A stretch of DNA of 64,000 nt. It comes from an uncultured Bacteriovoracaceae bacterium (GTDB lineage: Bacteria > Bdellovibrionota > Bacteriovoracia > Bacteriovoracales > Bacteriovoracaceae). Shown piece after piece: positions 28,170-36,964 of this stretch; positions within the stretch are counted from its first letter, which is position 1; each line of letters begins with the position of its first letter. The stretch spans positions 192,001 to 256,000 of the forward strand of contig CAXGUD010000001.1 in NCBI GenBank assembly GCA_964012805.1, in the 5' to 3' direction. Under the pieces are notes generated by a model. That model saw nothing but the letters and a program-made list of their open reading frames with translations, searched no databases and was not told the origin of the DNA. The position numbers and the translations under genes are program-made.

Positions 28170-28921
28170 TTCAAATCGAATTTTTTTATTACTTGAGGTA
28201 ATTCACCCAAAGACTTAATTTCGATGTCAGCTCTAACTTCCTGTCTCTCCTCATTACCTTTTTGATTAAGCCAAACTGTCTTGAAGCCACTTCTTTGTCC
28301 GCCTAAAATATCATTATATATACGATCTCCAACATGAATGACCTCTTCTGATTTTAAATTTAAACCTCTAAGAGTATTCAAGAAAATGTCCTTATGTGGC
28401 TTAGAAACACCAACCTCATTAGAAAATGAAAAACACTCAAATAAATCCAACATTCCATTATCCTTTAAAATTGTACGGATTCCCTCTCCTGACGTATAAA
28501 TAGCATCTGATGTTATGGCCAACTTATATTGTTTGCTTAGCTCCTTCAAAATATTCAGGCAGCCATCGAAAGGATCGGGTTGTACTTCAACTTCCATATT
28601 TTCAAGTTTTGAAACAAGCTCTAAAAGAGACTCTCTACTAAGACTTACTTTTAGAGTTTCACAAATTTTTTCCACTCTCTCTTCAACAACTGGAGTTCTA
28701 TGGAAAGTCTTCCATTCATTTTCAAACCATTTTTTCTCATCATTAATTCCTCTTATTAAAAAAGATGATGAACCTCCTTTAAAAGAAAGATAACTATCCA
28801 ACAAATGAAAACGCTCTTCGGCCTTGGGTCGGAGGCCTAAACCTGCTCTTTTCTTTTCATCGGAATCATCAACAAAAAGAGTGTCCCAAAAATCAAAAGA
28901 GATACCTTTAATCATAAACAA
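28166..28921 (-). CDS. HAD-family hydrolase
   Basis: FDFWDTL motif I, TSD, SKP, HVGDRIYNDILG motif IV. Confidence 0.9.
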   Translation of the reverse strand: MFMIKGISFDFWDTLFVDDSDEKKRAGLGLRPKAEERFHLLDSYLSFKGGSSSFLIRGINDEKKWFENEWKTFHRTPVVEERVEKICETLKVSLSRESLLELVSKLENMEVEVQPDPFDGCLNILKELSKQYKLAITSDAIYTSGEGIRTILKDNGMLDLFECFSFSNEVGVSKPHKDIFLNTLRGLNLKSEEVIHVGDRIYNDILGGQRSGFKTVWLNQKGNEERQEVRADIEIKSLGELPQVIKKFDLN

Positions 28922-29209
28922 CTCTCCATTAAGTATTCATAAGCTGTTTTTAAGTATTCAATAAAATCTATTTGGTTGTTTACTACATATTAGCACGATT
29001 GAAAAAAAGAACCTAAATTTAAGGTGTCTATATTATTATAAGGAATTGAAATTAAATAAAACCTTCTTATTCATAAAATTTATTTACTCCATTAAAATGA
29101 CAATTTTTTACCTAATGTTAAAAAGCGATCAAAAAAACCTTTTCATCCAATAATCTTTTGCTATATTGCACCAGATTTTTTAAACGCACAGATCTTGGAA
29201 AACTAAATT

Positions 29210-29776
29210 ATGAAGCTATTTACGTTAACTATATTAATGATGTCATTTCTTACCTGCCTCTCAGCACCTGTAAATGCCAAAGTACGCTCTAAGTACAAAC
29301 CAAGCAGAGTAAAACATCCTATTTACCACTTTATTCTAACTTTAAGGCCGAAAATGAATAGAAGATTGGCCATGAAGTACTCAAATAGTTTTTATAGATA
29401 TAGCAGAAAATATGAATTAGACCCATACTTACTTGTATCAATAGCGATGCAGGAAAGTGGTATTAGCCCTAGTAAGATTAGAGTCGTAAAAGGTTATGTT
29501 GCTGTTGATGGCAAGTATGTTCCTATGGAAATAGAGACTGACTTTTGCATGATGCAAATCCACTACAGAAATGTTGAAATTATGAACCTTGATTTAAAAA
29601 AGCTCCAAACAGACTACGACTACTGTATTTCTATAGGGGCCAAGATTTTGGCATCCTTTAAAAGGCTTGAAAAAGATGGCCAGGAACATTGGTGGTCTAG
29701 GTATAATGCAAGAAGCCCTTATAAAAGAAGAATTTACGAAAGCCTTGTAAACCGTTATTATGATCTACGCCCATAG
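29210..29776 (+). CDS. Secreted lytic transglycosylase (SLT domain)
   Basis: LDPYLLVSIAMQES (catalytic Glu), MMQI, GAKIL, RYN; signal peptide. Confidence 0.8.
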   Translation: MKLFTLTILMMSFLTCLSAPVNAKVRSKYKPSRVKHPIYHFILTLRPKMNRRLAMKYSNSFYRYSRKYELDPYLLVSIAMQESGISPSKIRVVKGYVAVDGKYVPMEIETDFCMMQIHYRNVEIMNLDLKKLQTDYDYCISIGAKILASFKRLEKDGQEHWWSRYNARSPYKRRIYESLVNRYYDLRP

Positions 29777-29891
29777 GTGAGATTTATTAGGTTATTATTT
29801 ATATAATAAACTTCTAAGAAGTAGGCCAAGAACAAAACTGTTCAAACCATTCTCTAGCTTTCTCATAACCCATTTCAAAGGATTTATTGAG

Positions 29892-30254
29892 ATGAAAAAG
29901 CAATTAGATCTTGAAGCTATTTTTAAATATCAAAGGAAATTTGCATCAGACCGAGAATGGGAACAATTTCATACACCAAAAAACCTAGCTATGGCGCTTT
30001 CGGTAGAAGCAAGCGAGCTTCTTGAAATCTTTCAATGGCTCACACCAGAGCAGTCTAAAAATATCGAAAAAAACACTGATTTAATGAAGTCTGTTAAAGA
30101 CGAAGTTTCAGATACTCTTTATTACCTTTTGCGAATGACTGATCTTTTGAATATAGACCTTGAAAAGGCGCTATCAAATAAAATGGCCGAAAACGAAAAA
30201 AAATATCCGGTTGAAAAATCAAAAGGTATCGCTAAAAAGTATAATCAACTTTAA
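29892..30254 (+). CDS. MazG-like nucleotide pyrophosphohydrolase (dCTPase-like)
   Basis: REWEQFHTPKNLAMALSVEASELLEIFQW, DEVSD, NEKKYP. Confidence 0.92.
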   Translation: MKKQLDLEAIFKYQRKFASDREWEQFHTPKNLAMALSVEASELLEIFQWLTPEQSKNIEKNTDLMKSVKDEVSDTLYYLLRMTDLLNIDLEKALSNKMAENEKKYPVEKSKGIAKKYNQL

Positions 30255-30592
30255 AAGCCTTTTCCATAAGTCAAAATTAACTCATCTTTATCTAGAGTTA
30301 AACGAAAGTCCTTGTAATTTACTTTTACCTCTTTGGTAATTAGCATGACAGCCGCCCCTGATAACTTTTTGGCCATATCATGCGATAAAACATTTCCAAC
30401 TGCATTTTTAACCTTGTTTTCAAATTTACTTTTAAACCTCTTTTGCATATTTTTGACTTCACTCACTGTTCTTAAGGCTTTAAGCCCTGTCTTTAATGGT
30501 GAGAATTCTTTTTTTTCTAATTTAGAATGTGCCGGAAAAACTATGATTAAAAGTGAAATAGATGTTAATAGCATAATGGCAAGACGGATCAC
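30251..30592 (-). CDS. Hypothetical secreted protein
   Basis: Signal peptide (AHS cleavage), AAGGAAGG RBS, C-terminal Phe. Confidence 0.6.
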   Translation of the reverse strand: MIRLAIMLLTSISLLIIVFPAHSKLEKKEFSPLKTGLKALRTVSEVKNMQKRFKSKFENKVKNAVGNVLSHDMAKKLSGAAVMLITKEVKVNYKDFRLTLDKDELILTYGKGF

Positions 30593-30732
30593 TAAACCTT
30601 CCTTAGATTAAAAGTCACCAACAAAAGACTAATTTTCATCGGGTTATTGCCAACTTTTTTTTACTAATATCCACCATAATCTCATAATTTTTATTTTAAG
30701 CTAAGGCGTTAAATTTTTCTTAGAAAGAAGAA

Positions 30733-30764
30733 AGGGCACTTTTTAAAAAAAGTAAAAATGCCCT
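30733..30764 (-). terminator. Probable intrinsic terminator of 30785..31045
   Basis: AGGGCATTTTTA...TAAAAAGTGCCCT stem followed by TTCTTCTTTC on the minus strand. Confidence 0.5.
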
Positions 30765-30784
30765 ATAAAGTACTAAATTTTTAT

Positions 30785-31045
30785 CTACTTTTTTTCTGAG
30801 TAATTTTCTCTAAATTCATTGAAATATTTAAAGTCACTTAAAATAAGAGGTAACCCTTTTTCATCTTTAACAATCATTCCATACTCTGTAACTCCTTCTT
30901 CATATTCTTGGAGAATCAAGAAGTCTGTATTTATGTCATCCATTGGCAACTCATCCTTAGTATCACTTCTCTTTTCTCTTACATAAGATTTTTCCCAGGG
31001 GACAATAATAATTTTGTCCACTTCATTTTTTTTTTCTCCTCTCAT
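30785..31045 (-). CDS. Hypothetical protein
   Basis: Start moved to ATG 31045 (GGAGG RBS). Confidence 0.55.
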   Translation of the reverse strand: MRGEKKNEVDKIIIVPWEKSYVREKRSDTKDELPMDDINTDFLILQEYEEGVTEYGMIVKDEKGLPLILSDFKYFNEFRENYSEKK

Positions 31046-31178
31046 ATTTTTAAACCTCCAAAAATTTATATACAGACTATTATAATTCCTTAAAAAAAAT
31101 AAATGATACCTTTTATTTGATAACATTAATATTTTTTATAAAATATAAAAACTATTTGCTCAACTATAACTGCTAATT

Positions 31179-31994
31179 TTAGATTTTTTTAAAAGCAAGA
31201 TTCTTATACCTAATCATTTTACTTTTTTGAGTCCACTCAGCCACCTGAGTTAAAAGATAACCCATCTTACTTTTTGAAAAAACTTTTTTAACAATTGGGT
31301 AAGTTGGTAAAGTGCTTTCATTAATATCTTCAATTTCTTCAATTTCAAAATAATTTTCTTTGGCAAATGACTCATAAGCTTCACAGGTGCACAATTGTAT
31401 ATTTCCATAAAAGGGAATACCTGATTTTTTTAGAGACATATTAAATAAGTTTGGAAAATCAAAAGAAAGAACAAAATCTGATAAAACCAATTGCCCTCCA
31501 CCTTTTAAAACTCTGTAGGCTTCACTAAAAAAATGGTTTCGGTCTGGGAAGTGAAAAATACATTCCACTGCCAAAACAATATCAAAAGAATTGTCATTAA
31601 AAGGCAATTTGCAAGCATCCCCTTGAATAAAAGAGATGTCATTACCGTTTTTTTGAAATACCTTTTGTTTGGCCCGATCAATCTGTCTTTGATCAATATT
31701 AACGCCAACAATTTTAAGATCATGAAACTCCTCATTTATAAGAGAAATCGTTCCACCAAAACCGCACCCTACTTCCAGAACTGCTTGTCCATCAACAATA
31801 TTTGCTAATGCCAAAAGTTTTTTAGAGAGGGCCTTAGAAGCATTTTGAAAATCTTCTATCGATCCATTAGCTGAATTAGGATTTTCCCAATAACCCCAGT
31901 GAATATGTTCACCAAATACCTGTTCCATTTCCTTATTTTGTTTTTCAATCTCTGACAAAATAAGATCAAAATAGGGAAGGTTAAACCTTTTAAT
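31179..31994 (-). CDS. Class I SAM-dependent methyltransferase (sterol/tocopherol/glycosyl O-MT-like)
   Basis: HIHWGYW, VLEVGCGFGG, GDACKLPF, LAVECIFHF, RVLKGGG; frame extends upstream to an ATT at 31994 behind AAGGAGG. Confidence 0.85.
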   Translation of the reverse strand: MKRFNLPYFDLILSEIEKQNKEMEQVFGEHIHWGYWENPNSANGSIEDFQNASKALSKKLLALANIVDGQAVLEVGCGFGGTISLINEEFHDLKIVGVNIDQRQIDRAKQKVFQKNGNDISFIQGDACKLPFNDNSFDIVLAVECIFHFPDRNHFFSEAYRVLKGGGQLVLSDFVLSFDFPNLFNMSLKKSGIPFYGNIQLCTCEAYESFAKENYFEIEEIEDINESTLPTYPIVKKVFSKSKMGYLLTQVAEWTQKSKMIRYKNLAFKKI

Positions 31995-32161
31995 ATTTGC
32001 CTCCTTAAAAATTATTTAGCTTTTATTATCCTACAACCTTAACGACAAAGCTTTAAATTTTAAAAAAAGCCCTACTAAATAGTTCAAAGAAACTCCTTAA
32101 CATTTAATAGTTAAATTATATTTCCGATATTAAGAGGAAGTAATTTTGATAACGAGGACAT

Positions 32162-33241
32162 ATGGCCCTTAAAAAGAAACCTGCACCTCAAGGTAAATCC
32201 CCGGTTCCAACAAAGCCTGGGCTAAAAAGGTACTCTCAAGGGGATCTTCTATTTAGGGAAGGAGAATCAGCTAATGCTCTTTATATAATTAAGGAAGGGC
32301 AAATCCGTCTCTTTAGACCTAAAGGAAAAGGATTTATTGAAATAGCTATTTTAAGAAAAGGTGAAGTGATTGGCGAAATGGCCTATTTTGATACCGCTAA
32401 TAAAAGAAGAAGTTGTTCGGCTTCTGCTCTTACAACACTTCAAATTATAGAAATACCCTTCGATTCACTAGACAAGGCCCTCAAAGGCTTGAATCCCTGG
32501 TTTAAAACGATTGTTATTACTTTGGCAGACAGGCTCAGAAAAACAAATAATCAATTAAAAGAGCTCGAGTCAAACTCAGTTGGTTATGCAACCAAGGGAA
32601 AAGCTGCTCAATACACCTTTTTTACTAATACAGATATCGTTAAAGGTTTAAGTCTTCTTTTTACAACGTTTAAGACTTTCGGAAACTTTAATAAGGGTGA
32701 ATATAAATTAAATAAAAGCACCCTTAAAATTCAAATGAATGAAATGAATTCATACCCTGAAATTAAGTTAGAAGAACTTGTGAGAGTTCTTAAGGAGCTT
32801 AAATATGTGGATGAAAAAAAAGCAGAAAATGGAGAGGCAATTCTCCTGGCCTATAAGATGACTCAAATACATGAAGCAGTTGTCTTCTTTAACAAAGAAA
32901 GAAGAACTGAAGACAGCAAAAAATTAAAGATACCAGAAAAAACTGAACAACTCCTTTCTGCTGTTATGGCACAACTTAAAACTGTTGCTATTAACGCAAA
33001 AGGAAAAGCAGAAGTTAACCTATCTAAAATTCTAGACAAGTTTAAACAAAAGAAAATTCCAGTATTCGTTGAAGACTTTGCACCAGCAGTCGAGCAAGGC
33101 TTCGCAGAGGAAATTTACTTCGACAACTCTAGTCAAATGATTTCAATCATTAATGTCAAATACCTTGAAAGCGCAATGCCTGCCATTCAAATGAGAAACT
33201 TTTTTGATAAAGTAAACCGTGAAAAAGCTGATAACAGCTAA
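32162..33241 (+). CDS. cNMP-binding domain protein with long C-terminal extension (Crp-like)
   Basis: LFREGE..LYIIKEG, GEMAYFD...RSCSA; GAGGA RBS. Confidence 0.82.
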   Translation: MALKKKPAPQGKSPVPTKPGLKRYSQGDLLFREGESANALYIIKEGQIRLFRPKGKGFIEIAILRKGEVIGEMAYFDTANKRRSCSASALTTLQIIEIPFDSLDKALKGLNPWFKTIVITLADRLRKTNNQLKELESNSVGYATKGKAAQYTFFTNTDIVKGLSLLFTTFKTFGNFNKGEYKLNKSTLKIQMNEMNSYPEIKLEELVRVLKELKYVDEKKAENGEAILLAYKMTQIHEAVVFFNKERRTEDSKKLKIPEKTEQLLSAVMAQLKTVAINAKGKAEVNLSKILDKFKQKKIPVFVEDFAPAVEQGFAEEIYFDNSSQMISIINVKYLESAMPAIQMRNFFDKVNREKADNS

Positions 33242-33298
33242 TTGTCCAATCCTCTAAAATTCGATAATATCCCGTTTCAACAATGAAAGGGGTCTAGA

Positions 33299-35188
33299 GT
33301 GATGGCACGAATTGAAGAACTTCAAACACTCATTTTGAAACACAAAGCGTTATACTACCAGGGTATTCCAACTATTTCAGATACCGAATATGATGCCCTT
33401 GAAGAAGAACTAAAAAAACTAGATCCAGATAATTTTACTCTTAAACTTGTTGGGACAAGTCTAAAATCTGGAAAAAAAATAAAGCATGCAACAAAGATGC
33501 TCTCTTTAGATAAAACTTATAGCTCTGATGATCTACAAAAGTGGATCCAAGAAAGAAAAGTCATTAGCACCCCAAAAATAGATGGAATGTCAGGCTCGCT
33601 TATTTACGATAATGGACAACTCACAATAGCCAAAACAAGAGGCGATGGACAATTTGGAGAAGACATCTTTGATAAAGTTTCTTGGATGAATTCTGTACCA
33701 AAAACTATAAATGATAAGAGGACCCTCGAAATTAGAGGAGAAATATTTTGCTACGAAAAAGATTTTTCCATTCTTAAAGACAAAATGACTCTTTTAGGAC
33801 TTGATGCTCCAACCTCTCAAAGAAATATAGTCGCTGGATTAATTTCAAGGAAAGAAAACATCCCTTTATGCCAACACTTATCCTTTAAGGCCTTCGAACT
33901 TTTAGGAAAAGAGATTGACTTAAGCTCAGAGTCTGAGAAAGTAGATTACCTAAGGAAGCTTGGTTTTGATCTCCCCCCCTTTATTCTTCACAAATCCTTT
34001 GAAACAGTCTCAGAAGAAATTGACAGAATAAAAGTGTTTATGAATGAAGGTGATTATCTTATTGATGGTCTTGTTTTTTCTTACGACAATCTAGAGCTTC
34101 ATAAAACTCTTGGAGAAACCTCACATCACCCTCGTTATAAAATGGCCTTTAAGTTTCAAGGAGAAGTAAAAACAGCGACAATTCAAGAAGTAAAATGGAA
34201 TGTCTCAAGAAATGGTATTCTTACTCCTGTAGCAAGAATAAACCCAACCGAACTTTCGGGTGCACAGATTACAAATGTCACACTTCATAATTATGGAGTT
34301 GTCAGAGACTCTAACCTTAAAGAAGGGGATCAAATAAAAATTACCCGAAGTGGTGAAGTTATTCCAAAGTTTTTATCTGTTATCAAATCCACTGATGGCA
34401 AAATGAAGCTTCCAGACTCATGTCCAAGTTGTAAAGGTTCTGTTGACATTGTAGATATTAGAATTCTTTGTAAAAGCTCCCAATGTCCTGCTCAAATCAA
34501 AGAAAGTATTCTTAACTTCATCCAAAAAATCAGTATTGATGACCTAAGCTCTAAAAGGCTTGAAGAGATGATGAAGATTGGATTGGTTAAAACGATACCA
34601 GATCTTTACCGCTTAAGTTTTGATGACCTAATGAAACTAGACAAAACGAAAGAAAAGATGGCCAATAAACTTCTGGAAAATATTTCAAAAACAAAAAGTG
34701 AAACAGACCTTACAACTTTTCTTTCTTCCTTAGGACTTAATGGTGGTGCTTATAATAAATGTGAGAAAATCGTCAAAGCTGGTTATGACTCTATACCTAA
34801 GTTAAAAAAAATGACTCTAGATAATTTATGTTCCATTGATGGCTTTGCAGAAAAGTCGTCTAAAGACCTCCTCACATCCTTAAAAAACAAGTTTACTATA
34901 ATTGATGAGCTTACTACCCTTGGCCTAAAACCAATTTTACCCACTGAACAGACATCAACACTAAGCGGAAAGGCCATTTGTATTACTGGTACTTTATCTG
35001 AAAAAAGAAGCGTTATAGAAGATAAATTAAGGCAAAGTGGGATGAAAATTGTAAAATCAGTTTCTAAGAATACAGATTATCTTCTAACTAATGACCCCAA
35101 TTCCTCTTCAAGTAAATGCAAAAAGGCAATTGAGTTAGGCCTTTCTATAATAAGCGAAACTGAACTAGAAAAGTTACTTAAAAGCTAA
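33299..35188 (+). CDS. ligA: NAD-dependent DNA ligase
   Basis: ISDTEYD, MLSLDK, KIDG, TRGDG, EIRGE, AFKF, TLHN, C4 zinc finger, BRCT (ITGTL, VSKNTDYL). Confidence 0.95.
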   Translation: MMARIEELQTLILKHKALYYQGIPTISDTEYDALEEELKKLDPDNFTLKLVGTSLKSGKKIKHATKMLSLDKTYSSDDLQKWIQERKVISTPKIDGMSGSLIYDNGQLTIAKTRGDGQFGEDIFDKVSWMNSVPKTINDKRTLEIRGEIFCYEKDFSILKDKMTLLGLDAPTSQRNIVAGLISRKENIPLCQHLSFKAFELLGKEIDLSSESEKVDYLRKLGFDLPPFILHKSFETVSEEIDRIKVFMNEGDYLIDGLVFSYDNLELHKTLGETSHHPRYKMAFKFQGEVKTATIQEVKWNVSRNGILTPVARINPTELSGAQITNVTLHNYGVVRDSNLKEGDQIKITRSGEVIPKFLSVIKSTDGKMKLPDSCPSCKGSVDIVDIRILCKSSQCPAQIKESILNFIQKISIDDLSSKRLEEMMKIGLVKTIPDLYRLSFDDLMKLDKTKEKMANKLLENISKTKSETDLTTFLSSLGLNGGAYNKCEKIVKAGYDSIPKLKKMTLDNLCSIDGFAEKSSKDLLTSLKNKFTIIDELTTLGLKPILPTEQTSTLSGKAICITGTLSEKRSVIEDKLRQSGMKIVKSVSKNTDYLLTNDPNSSSSKCKKAIELGLSIISETELEKLLKS

Positions 35189-35236
35189 TAAGCCTTTTTT
35201 TCCTCTTTCATTATAGAGAGCCTAATTGGATAAAAA

Positions 35237-35938
35237 ATGTTTAAACATTTTCTTAAAAAATTTTTCCAACAGTTTGTTTATCTTTTCATTAGACTTGTCT
35301 ACAGCACTTACGAGTTGAAATTTACAGGGTTGGATAACCTTAAAAAGGCAGAGGCAGCTTCTCCAAAGACTGGAGTAATCTTTGTTTTATGGCATGAGCA
35401 CCTTATATCAGGAATAATTGGGTTAAGAAACTTCCAACCGATAGCAATTGTCAGCTCATCTAAAGATGGAGACCTTATCGCCCACACAATGGAAAGAATG
35501 GGCTTTGGTATGGCCAGGGGAAGCTCAACTCGTGGAGGGGCACAAGCTCTTTTAAAAGCTGTAAAAGGGCTAAAAAATAAGCGCCCAATTGTTCTAACTG
35601 TTGATGGGCCAAAAGGCCCTAGGAATATTTCAAAACCTGGTGCTCTTTCTTTATCCAAAAAAACACAAGCCCCCATAATTCCTCTTACTCCTATTACAAA
35701 AGAACCATTCATTTTTAAAAATTCCTGGGATCAATGTAAGCTTCCCCTTCCCTTTTCTAAAATCATTGTAAGGCTGGGTGATATTATTGAACCTCCCCAG
35801 ACATCTAATTCAGAAGAAGCTCAAAGCTATCAGAATCAACTCGACCACTTTCTTTTCATAAATGAAGAAAAGGCAAAAAATGATCTAAAAACGTGGAAAA
35901 AGTTAAAAAATTTTAAGGTCCCCGTGAAACATCTTTAA
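35237..35938 (+). CDS. DUF374 / lysophospholipid acyltransferase-family protein
   Basis: WHE, SSSKDG, RGSSTRGG, TVDGPKGP, SWD...LPLPFS. Confidence 0.88.
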   Translation: MFKHFLKKFFQQFVYLFIRLVYSTYELKFTGLDNLKKAEAASPKTGVIFVLWHEHLISGIIGLRNFQPIAIVSSSKDGDLIAHTMERMGFGMARGSSTRGGAQALLKAVKGLKNKRPIVLTVDGPKGPRNISKPGALSLSKKTQAPIIPLTPITKEPFIFKNSWDQCKLPLPFSKIIVRLGDIIEPPQTSNSEEAQSYQNQLDHFLFINEEKAKNDLKTWKKLKNFKVPVKHL

Positions 35939-36090
35939 AAAATATGAAAAGGCCTTCACATAAATTTAGATTTTTCACTTTTTACATCAAGTTAACTTTA
36001 AGGTTCAAAAATTGACATAAACATAACTTTACTAAATTTTACGAGAGACCTACCATTTTCCTAAATAAAATCTTTTTAACCGGAGGAAAC

Positions 36091-36771
36091 ATGAAAAATC
36101 TTAAGAAAGTAATATTATTGATCTGTGTTCTTGGAATGAGCAATGCTTATTCAATTGGTAAGAAAAACAAAATCCAGGATGCTAGAAACATGATGCAAGA
36201 AGGAACTTTAAGCGCTGATGAGACGTGCTTAGATGAATACCTAACTGCACAAAGCCAATACAAAAGAATGCTAACGCTTGGCGTTGTTGGAAGAGGTGCT
36301 GTCGGTGCAGCTTCAGGAACTGTAGCTGCTGGTAGCATTGTAGGAGGGGCTGCCCTTTCTTATGGTGCTGGTGCTGCCGCTGCTGCTAGTGCAGCTGCTT
36401 CAGTAGCTGCTGCTGGTGCCGTCACAGGTGCAGTTGTTGTTGCTCCTGCAGTTGTTGTTTACGGAACTGTCTCTGCCACCAAGCTTATTCAGACAAATTA
36501 TATGATTAAAGTTTTAAGAGATGCTTACAAAGGAAGAGGCTCTTCTCTCAATAAGTTCACCAAGAAATTCTTGAGAAGAAATAAAGAAGCCAGAGGTTAT
36601 ATGACAAGAGAGGAAATGAGACAAATCGTTTTAGACCTAGATCAAGCTGGTGCTTTGTGTGACGGTTCAATGAAAAAGCAAAGAAGAATTCATAAGCTTC
36701 GTGTTCCTAGACAAAGACAAAAATTGGCTTTGAAAAAAGACATTTACAAGTACATCAAGAATACGCTCTAG
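36091..36771 (+). CDS. Secreted hypothetical protein with long Ala/Gly/Val hydrophobic segment
   Basis: Signal peptide, GGAGG RBS, ~65 aa A/G/V-rich segment, basic C-terminus. Confidence 0.75.
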   Translation: MKNLKKVILLICVLGMSNAYSIGKKNKIQDARNMMQEGTLSADETCLDEYLTAQSQYKRMLTLGVVGRGAVGAASGTVAAGSIVGGAALSYGAGAAAAASAAASVAAAGAVTGAVVVAPAVVVYGTVSATKLIQTNYMIKVLRDAYKGRGSSLNKFTKKFLRRNKEARGYMTREEMRQIVLDLDQAGALCDGSMKKQRRIHKLRVPRQRQKLALKKDIYKYIKNTL

Positions 36772-36797
36772 AATAATCCTTTATATTTAGAGTACTG

Positions 36798-36824
36798 AGG
36801 GGGGAGGTATCCCCCCTTTTTTTT
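36798..36824 (+). terminator. Intrinsic terminator
   Basis: AGGGGGGA-GGTA-TCCCCCCT followed by a T-tract. Confidence 0.85.
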
Positions 36825-36964
36825 AAAAAAGACACATCGCATAAACACCCCCATAGGCTAAATATTTTTCAAAGGTCATTTAAACCTTTGAAAAAAGCAG
36901 AAAAACATGGTCTATCTCAGATAATGCTGTTACCTAAGACTCTTTTCAATAAAAATAAATTTTA

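Noticed and set aside
24167..31045. Possible prophage remnant (orphan ORF, SLT, MazG-like, small hypotheticals)
   Set aside because: No integrase, terminase, structural genes or att repeats; interleaved with lemA/TPM and HAD genes in mixed orientation.
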